Part shown: one piece after another, positions 41,092-51,642 of the stretch
Position numbering within the stretch: the stretch's first letter is position 1
How the letters are laid out: every line of letters starts with the position of its first letter
Source: Candidatus Cloacimonadales bacterium
GTDB lineage: Bacteria > Cloacimonadota > Cloacimonadia > Cloacimonadales > JAFGVF01
DNA length: 64,000 nt
Assembly (NCBI GenBank): GCA_963663475.2
Contig: CAXXJV010000001.1
Coordinates: 2,624,001-2,688,000 of the forward strand
Reading direction: 5' to 3'
Position numbers and translations under genes: made by a program
Notes under the pieces: generated by a model
The model's database searches: none
Told to the model about the DNA's origin: nothing
The model's input: only the letters and a program-made list of their open reading frames with translations

Positions 41092-41611
41092 CTTTTTTAT
41101 CCTCAATAATCTTGGTGTAGAGGGAGTTTGCATAGCGTTCACTAAAGGCATAGAGAATCTTCGAACCAACTCGAGGATTGTTCTTTATCATATTTCTAAA
41201 ATCATATTTTGACATTGCTAGCATCTTACATTTTGTCTTTGCTACTGCTGTTGAAACACGTGTAGAACCTGTAAAGATCTCAATTGAACCTACTAGTCCA
41301 CCCTTGCCAATTGTCATATCTGGCTTATCAGCATCATCTGAATCATATAAATCAACCTCACCCTCTAATATAAAATACATAACTATATTTGGATGACCAA
41401 TTTGATAGATAACCTCACCAGGTTTAAATGTTCTTTCATAAATGATGTTATTTATTGTTTTGATTTGTGACTTACCTAAAGATTCAAAGACACTGAAATA
41501 TTGTAGTTGCTTTTCACTATCAGTAAGATTAATTAAAGCATCCCTTTTCTTCTTGAACCATTTCCAACACATGACAAAAAATTCAATGACTATTTCTAGC
41601 TTTCTTCCCAT
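41075..41611 (-). CDS. Cyclic nucleotide-binding domain protein
   Basis: FKPGEVIY..G, MYFILEGEV, G.IE....RVSTAVA. Confidence 0.85.
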   Translation of the reverse strand: MGRKLEIVIEFFVMCWKWFKKKRDALINLTDSEKQLQYFSVFESLGKSQIKTINNIIYERTFKPGEVIYQIGHPNIVMYFILEGEVDLYDSDDADKPDMTIGKGGLVGSIEIFTGSTRVSTAVAKTKCKMLAMSKYDFRNMIKNNPRVGSKILYAFSERYANSLYTKIIEDKKDAETK

Positions 41612-42249
41612 CCTGATTCTCCCACTAATGGAACAAAACTGCAGGCTACACTCTCTTCTTCAACAAAGCCTGTTTCAGTTCTGCAAATTGTTATAAGTCT
41701 TTGTAAATCTAATCCACCCACTGGTATCACTAATTTCCCACCTATTTTTAACTGATTCTTCAAAGCATCTGCTACTTTAGGTGCTCCAGCACAGACAATT
41801 ATCTTATCAAACTCTTTGTGAGGAGGATAGCTGTTTACCCAGCCTTTTGTTCCATCTCCAACTTTATAATAAATATTCTTGAAGTTATATAAAGCAAGAG
41901 TATCTTTAGCCTTCTGTGAAAGATTCTTGAATCTCTCTACTGTACATACACAAGATACTAAACTAGCTAAAAGAGCTGTTTGATAACCAGAACCTGTTCC
42001 TATCTCCAAAACAATATCATCAGGTGATAATTCTAATTCCTGCATCATATAAGCAATAATATAAGGCTGTGATATTGTTTGCTGGTCTTCTATAGGTAGA
42101 GCCTGATTCCTATAAGCAAATTCTCTGAAATGCTCTAAAACAAAGTCTTCCCGCTTAATCAACCTAAAAGCTGAAATTACTAAGTCATCATCAATGCCCA
42201 TCTTCTCTAACTCACTAATTAGAGCTTCTCTTTGATCCTCAAATCTCAT
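41596..42249 (-). CDS. pcm: Protein-L-isoaspartate O-methyltransferase
   Basis: QTISQPY, VLEIGTGSGYQTA, FVPLVG; next to surE. Confidence 0.95.
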   Translation of the reverse strand: MRFEDQREALISELEKMGIDDDLVISAFRLIKREDFVLEHFREFAYRNQALPIEDQQTISQPYIIAYMMQELELSPDDIVLEIGTGSGYQTALLASLVSCVCTVERFKNLSQKAKDTLALYNFKNIYYKVGDGTKGWVNSYPPHKEFDKIIVCAGAPKVADALKNQLKIGGKLVIPVGGLDLQRLITICRTETGFVEEESVACSFVPLVGESGWEES

Positions 42250-42988
42250 AATTATTGATTTTATTTAAGGTCTCAAGATTGAAATGAGAATCTGACTTCC
42301 TCAATAAATGAGTAATCGAAACATAGTTATGAGAGATTGCATAATAATCACTCTGTTCATCTTGAACATATTCAGGAATATCTCCACCTACCCGATAAAC
42401 CCTTTTATTGTCAGTTTTCTCAACATAGTGAATAAAGTTTTTATATCTACGCTCACCAATTTTTGTTATCTTAAAACCTTTAATTTCATCAAATTTAATG
42501 TTGGGAATATTAATGTTGAGTAGTTCATTCTTCTTTAAGTGCTCATGTAGCTTCATAGAAATAATTTTTACAACAATTTCAACACCTGTTTCATAAATCT
42601 GATTCTCGTAGGCACACATAGAAAAAGCTAGGGCTGGATAACCTAAGAAACAAGCTTCTGTAGCAGCTGCAACTGTACCTGAATAGAAAATATCTTCACC
42701 CATATTTTGACCTGCATTAATACCTGAAACAACTAAATCAAAATCATCAGCAATTTCATGTATAGCGTAGATAACACAATCGGCTGGAGTTCCACTTACA
42801 CTGTATATTTTATCATCAATTTTCTTAGCAACTAAATCTCTATGAAGAGTTATCGAATGCGAAGCACCACTTTTCTCTGTTTCTGGGGCGACTAAATATG
42901 TATCGAATCCTAACTCAGTTAAAGTGTTATATAATAGTCTTATTCCTCTGGCAGAATAACCATCATCATTAGTTAATAGAATTTTCAA
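42239..42988 (-). CDS. surE: 5'/3'-nucleotidase SurE
   Basis: ILLTNDDG, GTPADCV, SGINAG.N.G....YSGTV. Confidence 0.95.
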   Translation of the reverse strand: MKILLTNDDGYSARGIRLLYNTLTELGFDTYLVAPETEKSGASHSITLHRDLVAKKIDDKIYSVSGTPADCVIYAIHEIADDFDLVVSGINAGQNMGEDIFYSGTVAAATEACFLGYPALAFSMCAYENQIYETGVEIVVKIISMKLHEHLKKNELLNINIPNIKFDEIKGFKITKIGERRYKNFIHYVEKTDNKRVYRVGGDIPEYVQDEQSDYYAISHNYVSITHLLRKSDSHFNLETLNKINNYEI

Positions 42989-43167
42989 AATAGCTCTCCT
43001 AAATCATTTTTAATAATTATTTTGATTTAACTCTCTGTTGTCAAGAAAAATTACATTAATTTATTATAAATCTCAAATTATTGAATCTGATTTCCTAAAA
43101 TTAAAAAATCCTTGCCCAAAAGATACTATAAGAGTATTTTATCTTTATAAGACTTAAAGGGGATATT

Positions 43168-45207
43168 ATGAAATATAAACTGACTTTCTTGCTTGTTATA
43201 TTTACTGGATTACTTGCTAGCTATGAGTGGATTAATCTTATGAATGAAGAGAGTAATACTAACCACGTTTTTAACTCTCTCGCTAATGGGAATATCTATT
43301 ATTCAACTAACCAGGGCGTAAAGGTATTCTCTGAAGATACTTCTAACCTATATACTTATGCTGGATTAGGAGCTATTGGTATAGCTGAAACCTGGGCTGA
43401 AAGATACCTTGCCTTAGGCTCAGGATCTTACAGTGATGGACTCTATACTATAGATGATTCAGGTAATATTGACTTAGTAGATTGGTACTATAACCCAAAA
43501 TTCCTGGATACAGGTAAACACTCTAATGATATTTATTTTAGTAGTCAGTCTAATTTCTTAATAAATCAGAACAATGAATGGACAAGGCCTGCAGAATTCT
43601 TTTATAAAGAGGTACATGATATTACAGAATCTTCCTGCTACCGATTTGCTACTACTAATGATGGTTTCTATCATAAGCTAGCAAGTCAGACAGGCCTTTT
43701 TGCTAATAGACAGAATTTTGGAAATGTTCAATCAAATGAAATTAATGAGGCTTCTGGTTTAGTAGCTAGTCGCTATAATCCTGGTGTTTTATGGACTCAT
43801 AATGACTCTGGTGGTGGTAACTTCATTTTTGCTATGAATGAGCTTGGTCATCATCTAGGAATCTACACCCTATCAGGAGCAACAAATAGAGACTGGGAAG
43901 ATATGGCAATTGGTAAGAATCCTAATTCTGGTCAGGCCGAAATCTACTTAGCAGATATTGGAGACAATCAACTGTCTAATGATATCAAATACATCTATAT
44001 TGCCAGTGAACCTCAAGTTTCCCCTACTCAAAATCCCCAAGCAATTACCCTAGATTCAATTAATACTATCCCTTTTATTTATCCTAATGGACAAAACTAT
44101 GATGCTGAAACTCTCCTGTACGACCAAAGGAGCCAAACATTCTATATAATAACTAAAAGACATCCTAATGATCCAGAAACTTATGACCAAATTTTTTCAG
44201 TAACTTATACTATCTCAGAAACTCCTCAAGTAGCTAGCTATGTTGGACAAGTATCTTTCCCAGTAGATGAACTCGTTTATCAAGGTGCTACAGGAGGTGA
44301 TATTTCACCTGATGGTAATTTTATCCTTATTAAAAACTACCAGAACATTTACATGTGGGAAAGAAGAAACATGTCTATTGGCCAAGCATTAAGTCAGCCA
44401 TTTATCCAAGTTCCCTACATCATGGAACCTCAAGGAGAAGCTATAGCTTGGCGATATGATAACAATGGTTATTTCACAGTTAGTGAAGAATATAGTAACA
44501 TTCCGGCAGTGGTTTATTTCTATTCTAAGTTAGGTTGGAGAAAAGCCTCACCTCTCCCCTTCAAAAAAAGCGAGTATAACAACAGCGATGGTAATCTTTA
44601 TGCAATTATAAATGATAATGACCTCTATAATGGTTTTTGGAAAAGTAGTGATGATGGCCTTAACTGGCAACGAATAAATAATTATCCTAGTTATAGTGAT
44701 ATTGCAGTTGATGCCTTAGGACTTGTTTTTCTTTCTCACATGCCAAGTCTTATTCCTGAAGATTGGCAGAGGGTAAGTGGATATTATCAAGGTGAATTTT
44801 TAGATTTGTCTAGCGGACTTGAAAATAAGTTTGTTAATCGCCTAGTAAATAATACAATCTTGGATAGTCCAAGTGTCTTAGCCTGTACTAATGCAGGAGT
44901 CTATTACCTACAAAACTACCAGTCTCTATCTAACCAAGCTAATAATGTTGTCCCCTTACCTGAAATCCAATCATACCCCAATCCCTTTAACGATAAAGTA
45001 ACATTATCTCTCTCTAAAAGCGGGCTTATCTCTGGGAAAGTCTATAATTTAAAAGGTCAGCTAGTTGCCGATTTGACTAAAGATATAAAGAAAGGGAGTG
45101 AACAAGTGATTTGGCAACCAGATAATTCAATCCCTAATGGTATATATATTATTAAATTTAGTAGTTCCCAAGCAAATTTTACTGGGAAAATTCTAAAACT
45201 AAAATAA
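43168..45207 (+). CDS. Secreted beta-propeller-type protein with C-terminal YPNPFN (T9SS-A/FlgD-Ig-like) domain
   Basis: Signal peptide; EASGL..LWTHNDSG..DWEDMA..DIGDN..EPQGEAI module; YPNPFN...VYNLKGQLV...GIYIIK tail. Confidence 0.75.
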   Translation: MKYKLTFLLVIFTGLLASYEWINLMNEESNTNHVFNSLANGNIYYSTNQGVKVFSEDTSNLYTYAGLGAIGIAETWAERYLALGSGSYSDGLYTIDDSGNIDLVDWYYNPKFLDTGKHSNDIYFSSQSNFLINQNNEWTRPAEFFYKEVHDITESSCYRFATTNDGFYHKLASQTGLFANRQNFGNVQSNEINEASGLVASRYNPGVLWTHNDSGGGNFIFAMNELGHHLGIYTLSGATNRDWEDMAIGKNPNSGQAEIYLADIGDNQLSNDIKYIYIASEPQVSPTQNPQAITLDSINTIPFIYPNGQNYDAETLLYDQRSQTFYIITKRHPNDPETYDQIFSVTYTISETPQVASYVGQVSFPVDELVYQGATGGDISPDGNFILIKNYQNIYMWERRNMSIGQALSQPFIQVPYIMEPQGEAIAWRYDNNGYFTVSEEYSNIPAVVYFYSKLGWRKASPLPFKKSEYNNSDGNLYAIINDNDLYNGFWKSSDDGLNWQRINNYPSYSDIAVDALGLVFLSHMPSLIPEDWQRVSGYYQGEFLDLSSGLENKFVNRLVNNTILDSPSVLACTNAGVYYLQNYQSLSNQANNVVPLPEIQSYPNPFNDKVTLSLSKSGLISGKVYNLKGQLVADLTKDIKKGSEQVIWQPDNSIPNGIYIIKFSSSQANFTGKILKLK

Positions 45208-46875
45208 CTATTTAGCTATTTCAATTCTGACATTACTCCTACCATATTTAACACCTTTCTTGAATTTTTTCAACAATTCCTTTTCATAAATACTCTCAAC
45301 TTCAAAGAAAGAAAAACCATCTTTGATATCAATCTTACCTATGTTAAGTCTTGGAGCAACCTTTAAATCATTTAAGATACCAATCAGTTTAGGTGGAGTA
45401 AGCTCTTGCCCTCTACCAATATTCATAAAGAATCTAGTAAAACCAGCTTCAGCTCTTCTTGACCTTCCTTTTCCACCACGTTCTCGAGATCTTGAACTCC
45501 TACCAGCAGAGCCATCTGCTAAATGAGCATCAAAATCATTATGGTCACGACGATAATTAATATCACCTGCATCTTTATAATAATCTAAGAACTTGTTAAA
45601 TTCTACTGCCACGAAATGTTTGATTAAATCTTCTCTTTCCAGCCATGAAAGTTTCTTAAAAATTACATCCATAAATGGATCAATCTCAGCATCATTAACT
45701 TCAACTTTTTCCACTACATCAATTAAGTTGAAAAGCTGTCTTTGGCATATCTCTCTTCCTGAAGGAAGCTCTTTAAATTCAAGAGATTTACCTAACCTAC
45801 GCTCAATAAACTTTAATTTTCTACCATCTTTACTATGGGCAATAGTGATACAAATACCAGTCTTACCAGCTCTACCTGTTCTACCTGATCTGTGAATATA
45901 AACATCTTCATCATCAGGTAAACCAAAGTTTATTACATGAGTTAAATCATCAATATCAATTCCACGAGCAGCTACATCAGTTGCTACTAGCATTTGGATA
46001 TGTTTATTTCTAAATTTACCCATAACACTTTCCCTAACTGCTTGAGAAAGATCTCCATGCAATGAATCAGCATTATAACCATCAAATTGAAGTTTCTCAG
46101 CTATCTCTTGAGTCTCTCTTTTAGTTCTACAAAAGACTATCCCATAGATGTTAGGATTCATATCTGCTACTCTTTTTAAAGCTAAATACTTGTCCCTAGC
46201 TCTTACAGTATAAACATGATGGGAGACAGTCTCTGCACCTGTGTTTTTAGACCCTACAGAAATTTCATGAGGTTCATGCATGTAATTTTTAGATATCTGC
46301 TGAATCTCTCTAGGCATTGTTGCTGAGAAAAGTAAAGTCTGTTTATCATTTGGAGTATTAGCTAATATTGCATCTAGTTCTTCTTTGAAACCCATGTTTA
46401 ACATTTCATCAGCTTCATCTAAAACTAACCATTTTACATTAGAAACATCTAAGTTTCCTCGCTTAACAAAATCGTTTACACGACCTGGTGTACCCACCAC
46501 TATGTTTGCTCCTCTTCTCAAATCTCTTAACTGATTTGAAATACTCGCACCACCATAAACAGCTACAATATTCACTCCTCGCATTTGAGAAGCAAAAGAC
46601 ATTAAGTCTCTTGTAATCTGTAAACATAGCTCTCTAGTTGGACATAAAATAAAAGCCTGAACTGCCTTTGAACTTGTATCTAACATATTTAACAAAGGTA
46701 GCCCGAAAGCAGCTGTCTTTCCTGTTCCTGTCTGAGCTAACGCAATTAAATCCTGGCTATTCTCTAAAATATAAGGAATAGTTGCCTCCTGAATTGGAGT
46801 AGGATTGACAAAATTAATTGTCTCCAAGGCTGACTGAAGCTCTATGTTCAGTGCCATTTCTTTAAAGTAGATCAT
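45208..46875 (-). CDS. DEAD-box RNA helicase (DeaD/CshA-like, DbpA RNA-binding C-terminus)
   Basis: AQTGTGKT, PTREL, LDEADEM, SAT, HRSGRTGRAG. Confidence 0.93.
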   Translation of the reverse strand: MIYFKEMALNIELQSALETINFVNPTPIQEATIPYILENSQDLIALAQTGTGKTAAFGLPLLNMLDTSSKAVQAFILCPTRELCLQITRDLMSFASQMRGVNIVAVYGGASISNQLRDLRRGANIVVGTPGRVNDFVKRGNLDVSNVKWLVLDEADEMLNMGFKEELDAILANTPNDKQTLLFSATMPREIQQISKNYMHEPHEISVGSKNTGAETVSHHVYTVRARDKYLALKRVADMNPNIYGIVFCRTKRETQEIAEKLQFDGYNADSLHGDLSQAVRESVMGKFRNKHIQMLVATDVAARGIDIDDLTHVINFGLPDDEDVYIHRSGRTGRAGKTGICITIAHSKDGRKLKFIERRLGKSLEFKELPSGREICQRQLFNLIDVVEKVEVNDAEIDPFMDVIFKKLSWLEREDLIKHFVAVEFNKFLDYYKDAGDINYRRDHNDFDAHLADGSAGRSSRSRERGGKGRSRRAEAGFTRFFMNIGRGQELTPPKLIGILNDLKVAPRLNIGKIDIKDGFSFFEVESIYEKELLKKFKKGVKYGRSNVRIEIAK

Positions 46876-47243
46876 AGTCTCCCTTTAATTTGTTTGAATT
46901 TTTGTACTCGGCTATAATAATCACATACGTAATTGTATTTTTTACTCAATTGTACAAATCAATTCCAAAATTCTCAACTAGTTAAGCTTGTCAAGAATCA
47001 TTAATTATTTTTTCTGCTTTGGGTCGTAGGATTCTTACAAGCGGTTACACTGCTGTCAGTCCATAAACTTTTTGCTCCCACATCTTCTGAGACCAGGGGT
47101 GGTCTCAGTCCATAAACTTTTTGCATCCACTCCATAATACCCGACTTCCCAGTTAGAGTCATTGAACATTAGCAAAAAATAGTTCTTGTCAGAAAAACTA
47201 ACTATTAAAATATGTAAATTCAGATTATCAAAAAGAGGGAAAA

Positions 47244-48584
47244 GTGGAAAAAGAACATAAATTATCAGATACAAATATACCCAGACTTTTATTAAAATTA
47301 ACTATTCCAGCGACTTTAGGAATGTTAGTCATGGCTTTCTACAACATAGTAGATACAATGTTTATCGGACATGGAGTAGGGCCAAATGGCATAGCAGGTT
47401 TAGCTATTGTCTTTCCAATCCAGCTCATTGTTATGGGCTTTGGTCAAATGTTTGGTATGGGGGGAGCGTCTATTATTTCCCGAGCTTTAGGGGCTAAAGA
47501 TTTTGATAAAGCTAATTTAACTTTTGGTAATCAAATCTTCTCAGTAATCTTGTTCACTTGTTTAGTAATGCTTCCTGGACTCTTTTTCCCTAGGCAAATC
47601 TTAACTCTTTTTGGTGCTACTCAAGCTATACTTCCTTATGCTCTGGAATATTATAGGATAATTGTTTTTGGTTCAGGACTCTTCATGTTTGCCATGATGA
47701 GCAATAATGTCTTAAGAGCAGAGGGTCATGCCAAAATAGCTATGTCTAATATGATTATCTCTGCTGGGTTAAATATCATACTTGACCCAATATTTATTTT
47801 TGTTTTTGATATGGGAATTAGAGGAGCAGCCCTTGCAACAGTCATCTCTCAAGCTTTAGTTGTCTTTTATCTCATCTATCATTTTACTAAAGGACAGAGT
47901 TTTTTCAAGATTAAACTTAAATCTATCAGACCAAAATTAGCAATCCAAAAAGAAATGTTTGCCATTGGTTTATCAGCTTTTTCAAGACAGGTTGCAGGTT
48001 CATTTATAGTTGTCATAATTAATAACAAGTTGGGTTCATTTAGTCTTGGAGACACTTATATAGCTGTTTATGGTATTATCAACAGACTTTTCTCACTATT
48101 CTTCATGCCAATGTTTGGAATTGCTCAAGGTCTTCAACCAGTCCTAGGTTATAACTGGGGGGCTAAGAGAATTGATTTGGCTAAGAAAGCTATCAGATTA
48201 GCTTTCACATGGGCTACCATAATATCGGTCTCTGCTTTTATTATTATACAGTTATTTCCATCTTCCTTAATGAGCTGGTTTACTACTGATAGTCAGGTAA
48301 TTAAAGAAGGTGCTTATGCTATTAGAAGAATGACCCTTCTCTTCCCTATCTTAGGTTTTCAAATTATTGGTACTATAATATTCCAAGCTCTTGGTCATGC
48401 TACAGAATCACTGATTTTATCATTAGCTAGACAGATACTCTTTTTTATACCCATCTTCTATATTATGACATCATTCTATGGATTCTTTGGCGTATTAATA
48501 ACTTTCCCTATGTCTGACATCTTGGCTTTTGCAGTTACAGCATTCCTCTTAGTTAGGGAATTCAGAAAGTGGAAGCTAGCATAG
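47244..48584 (+). CDS. MATE-family efflux transporter (MepA-like)
   Basis: YNIVDTMFIG, NIILDPIFIF...GIRGAALAT, GYNWGAK. Confidence 0.92.
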   Translation: MEKEHKLSDTNIPRLLLKLTIPATLGMLVMAFYNIVDTMFIGHGVGPNGIAGLAIVFPIQLIVMGFGQMFGMGGASIISRALGAKDFDKANLTFGNQIFSVILFTCLVMLPGLFFPRQILTLFGATQAILPYALEYYRIIVFGSGLFMFAMMSNNVLRAEGHAKIAMSNMIISAGLNIILDPIFIFVFDMGIRGAALATVISQALVVFYLIYHFTKGQSFFKIKLKSIRPKLAIQKEMFAIGLSAFSRQVAGSFIVVIINNKLGSFSLGDTYIAVYGIINRLFSLFFMPMFGIAQGLQPVLGYNWGAKRIDLAKKAIRLAFTWATIISVSAFIIIQLFPSSLMSWFTTDSQVIKEGAYAIRRMTLLFPILGFQIIGTIIFQALGHATESLILSLARQILFFIPIFYIMTSFYGFFGVLITFPMSDILAFAVTAFLLVREFRKWKLA

Positions 48585-48631
48585 TAAATGAATTGTATTT
48601 CTCTTGAGTAGAATGGGGTTTAGAAAGAAAA

Positions 48632-48718
48632 AGGGATTTATACTCTCCCCGGTCTATTCGACCACCCCTCTCAAACGCTCTTACGAGCTGAAAGGGGATT
48701 TATACTCTCCCCGGTCTA
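48632..48718 (-). repeat. Divergent family A repeat copy between convergent genes
   Basis: ACTCTCCCCG...CACCCCTCTCAAACGCTCTTACGAGCTGAAAGGGGATT; abuts the uvrA stop. Confidence 0.8.
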
Positions 48719-51547
48719 CTTTTCAAGATATGGCTTTAAGTACTTGCCAGTATATGATTCTGCAACTTCAGCTACTTCCTCAGGACTACCTTTAGCAATA
48801 ATAGTGCCACCATTCTCTCCACCTTCTGGACCAACATCAATCAGATAGTCTGCAGTTTTAATCACATCCATATTATGTTCGATAATAACCACTGAGTTAC
48901 CCATTGCTACAAGTTTCTTTAATACTCTTAATAGCTTTTGCACATCATCAAAATGTAAGCCTGTTGTTGGTTCATCAAGCAGATAAAGAGTCTTACCAGT
49001 TGATCTTTTACTCAACTCTTTAGCAAGTTTAATTCTTTGGGCTTCTCCACCAGAAAGAGTAGTTGAAGGTTGTCCCAATTTTACGTAATCCATACCAACA
49101 TCTACAAGAGTTTTGAGTTTGTTAGCAATAGCTGGCACTTTCTCGAAGAAGGTGTAGGCCTCTTGCACATCCATATCAAGTACTTCTGAGATATTTTTCC
49201 CTTTATATTTTATCTGAAGTGTTTCACTATTGAATCTCTTCCCCTTACAGACTTCACAAGTAACATAGATATCAGCCATAAAATGCATCTCAATAAGATT
49301 AACGCCTGCACCTCCGCAATTTTCACATCTACCGCCTTTAACATTGAAAGAAAACCTACCTTGTTTATAACCTCTAAGTTTGGAAGCAGGTAATTCTGAA
49401 AAAAGTTTTCTTATAGCATCAAAAGCTTTTATATATGTTATGGGGTTAGATCTTGGAGTTCTTCCTATGGGTTGTTGATCAATAGTAATTATTTTATCTA
49501 TTTGATCTAAACCGCTTATAGAATCTACTTTTCCCCAGGAAGATTTGGCTTTGAAGAAATGATTATGAAGGTAAGGAGAGAGAGTTTGATTTATTAAGGA
49601 AGACTTTCCTGAGCCAGAGACTCCTGTTACACAGACAAGCATTCCTAAAGGGATATCAACATCAACATCTTTTAAATTGTTATGTTTAGCCCCTCTAATC
49701 TGAATAACATTATCATTAACCTTTAGTCTTTTTTGAGGAACTTGAATTTTGAGTTCTCCTCTTAAGTACTGGGCTGTAAGAGAGTTTTTAGCTTTTAAGA
49801 TTTGCTTAAGACTACCCTGAGCAACAACCTGTCCTCCATAAACCCCGGCATTGGGACCAAAATCTATGATTTCATCAGCATTTCTAATAGTATCTTCATC
49901 GTGTTCAACTACAATAACAGTATTTCCCAAATCTCTTAAATGCTTTAACATTTCGATAAGTCTATCATTATCTCTTTGGTGGAGACCGATACTAGGCTCA
50001 TCTAGAATATACATAACTCCTACCAATTGAGAACCTATTTGGGAAGCTAATCTAATTCTTTGAGATTCTCCTCCTGAAAGGGTTGGAGCTCTTCTATCAA
50101 GAGTTAAATAATGGAGTCCTACACTCATAAGAAAACTTAATCTATTAATAATTTCTTTTAATACTTCTTGGGCAATAATCTTATCATTACCTGATAATTC
50201 CATTTCAGAGAAGAATTTATAAGCATCTTCCACACTCATACTAGTTATTTCAACTATATTTAATTTATTTACAAGTACGGCTAAAGAAGCTGCTTTTAAC
50301 TTATGACCCTTACAGGTTGGGCAGGCTTTATTGGAAATATATTGTGAATAATATCTTTTGGCAGCTTCAGAAGTTGTTTCTCTCATCCTCCGATCTAGTA
50401 CTTTTAATACTCCTTCAAAAGAAGTTTCATATTCGCCTGAAGAAGATTTTGTTTTCCATTGGACAGTAAATTTCTTGCCTTTAGAACCATAAAGAACTAG
50501 GTCTTGTATCTTCTTAGGTAAATCTTTCCAAGGAGTTTTCAGGTCAAAGTCAAAAGCTTGGGCTAGTTGTAAGATAGTATTCTTAGTATGTGATTTGCTT
50601 TTGGAAAGGTCACCATAAGGGACTATTGCTCCTTTATAGATTGAAAGATTTGGATCAGGAACTATTAAATCAGGGTCCATTTCTAAGGTATAACCTAAGC
50701 CCTTACAAGTAGGGCAGGCACCAATTGGACTGTTAAAAGAGAAACTTTGGGGTGAAAGTTCTTCAAAACCTATACCACAACGAGCACAAGCATTTGATTC
50801 AGAGAGAATCTCTTCTCTTTGCTCAGAAACATAATCAATCTTGACTTTTCCTTCAGAAAGCTTTAGAGCAGTTTCAACAGAATCTGTAATCCTACTTCTT
50901 GCTTCTTCTTTAAGCATAATTCTATCTACTACTACATCAATAGTATGTTTACTCTTCTTATCAAGCTTGATTTCTTCTTCTAGTTCCCTGACTTGTCCAT
51001 TGATTTTAACACGGGTAAATCCTTCTGATTTTATCATTTCAAGTTCAGAAACATGGCTACCTTTTCTATTATGAACTAGGGGGGCAAGAATCTGAATTTT
51101 AGTCTTTTCTGGATTTTCCATAATATGATCAACTATTTGATCTATTGTTAAAGAAGTAACTAAATCACCACATTGATGACAGTGTTGTTTACCTATCCTA
51201 GCATAGAGAACTCTTAAATAATCATAAATTTCTGTGACAGTACCAACAGTTGAACGAGGATTCTTACTGGCTGATTTCTGTTCAATTGATATAGCAGGAC
51301 TTAATCCTTCGATGTAGTCGAGTTTAGGTTTTTCCATCTGACCTAAGAATTGACGGGCGTAAGAAGACAATGATTCAACATATCTACGTTGTCCTTCTGC
51401 ATATAAAGTATCAAAAGCTAAAGAAGATTTTCCAGAACCAGATACACCAGTAACAACAACTAATTGATTTCTTTTAAACTCTAAATCTATACATTTTAAG
51501 TTATGCTCACAAGCACCTTTGATTATTATTTTATCTTTCATTTTCAC
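48716..51547 (-). CDS. uvrA: Excinuclease ABC subunit A
   Basis: Two GVSGSGKSS ABC cassettes, LYAEGQRRYVESLS, zinc fingers. Confidence 0.98.
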   Translation of the reverse strand: MKMKDKIIIKGACEHNLKCIDLEFKRNQLVVVTGVSGSGKSSLAFDTLYAEGQRRYVESLSSYARQFLGQMEKPKLDYIEGLSPAISIEQKSASKNPRSTVGTVTEIYDYLRVLYARIGKQHCHQCGDLVTSLTIDQIVDHIMENPEKTKIQILAPLVHNRKGSHVSELEMIKSEGFTRVKINGQVRELEEEIKLDKKSKHTIDVVVDRIMLKEEARSRITDSVETALKLSEGKVKIDYVSEQREEILSESNACARCGIGFEELSPQSFSFNSPIGACPTCKGLGYTLEMDPDLIVPDPNLSIYKGAIVPYGDLSKSKSHTKNTILQLAQAFDFDLKTPWKDLPKKIQDLVLYGSKGKKFTVQWKTKSSSGEYETSFEGVLKVLDRRMRETTSEAAKRYYSQYISNKACPTCKGHKLKAASLAVLVNKLNIVEITSMSVEDAYKFFSEMELSGNDKIIAQEVLKEIINRLSFLMSVGLHYLTLDRRAPTLSGGESQRIRLASQIGSQLVGVMYILDEPSIGLHQRDNDRLIEMLKHLRDLGNTVIVVEHDEDTIRNADEIIDFGPNAGVYGGQVVAQGSLKQILKAKNSLTAQYLRGELKIQVPQKRLKVNDNVIQIRGAKHNNLKDVDVDIPLGMLVCVTGVSGSGKSSLINQTLSPYLHNHFFKAKSSWGKVDSISGLDQIDKIITIDQQPIGRTPRSNPITYIKAFDAIRKLFSELPASKLRGYKQGRFSFNVKGGRCENCGGAGVNLIEMHFMADIYVTCEVCKGKRFNSETLQIKYKGKNISEVLDMDVQEAYTFFEKVPAIANKLKTLVDVGMDYVKLGQPSTTLSGGEAQRIKLAKELSKRSTGKTLYLLDEPTTGLHFDDVQKLLRVLKKLVAMGNSVVIIEHNMDVIKTADYLIDVGPEGGENGGTIIAKGSPEEVAEVAESYTGKYLKPYLEK

Positions 51548-51642
51548 CTCAATTTGGTCAATCTTGATGATTGCATTAATTAAGTCAAGCTTATTTTTTA
51601 TATTTTTATATAATTAATAATTAATTAAATCTTTTTTATTTA

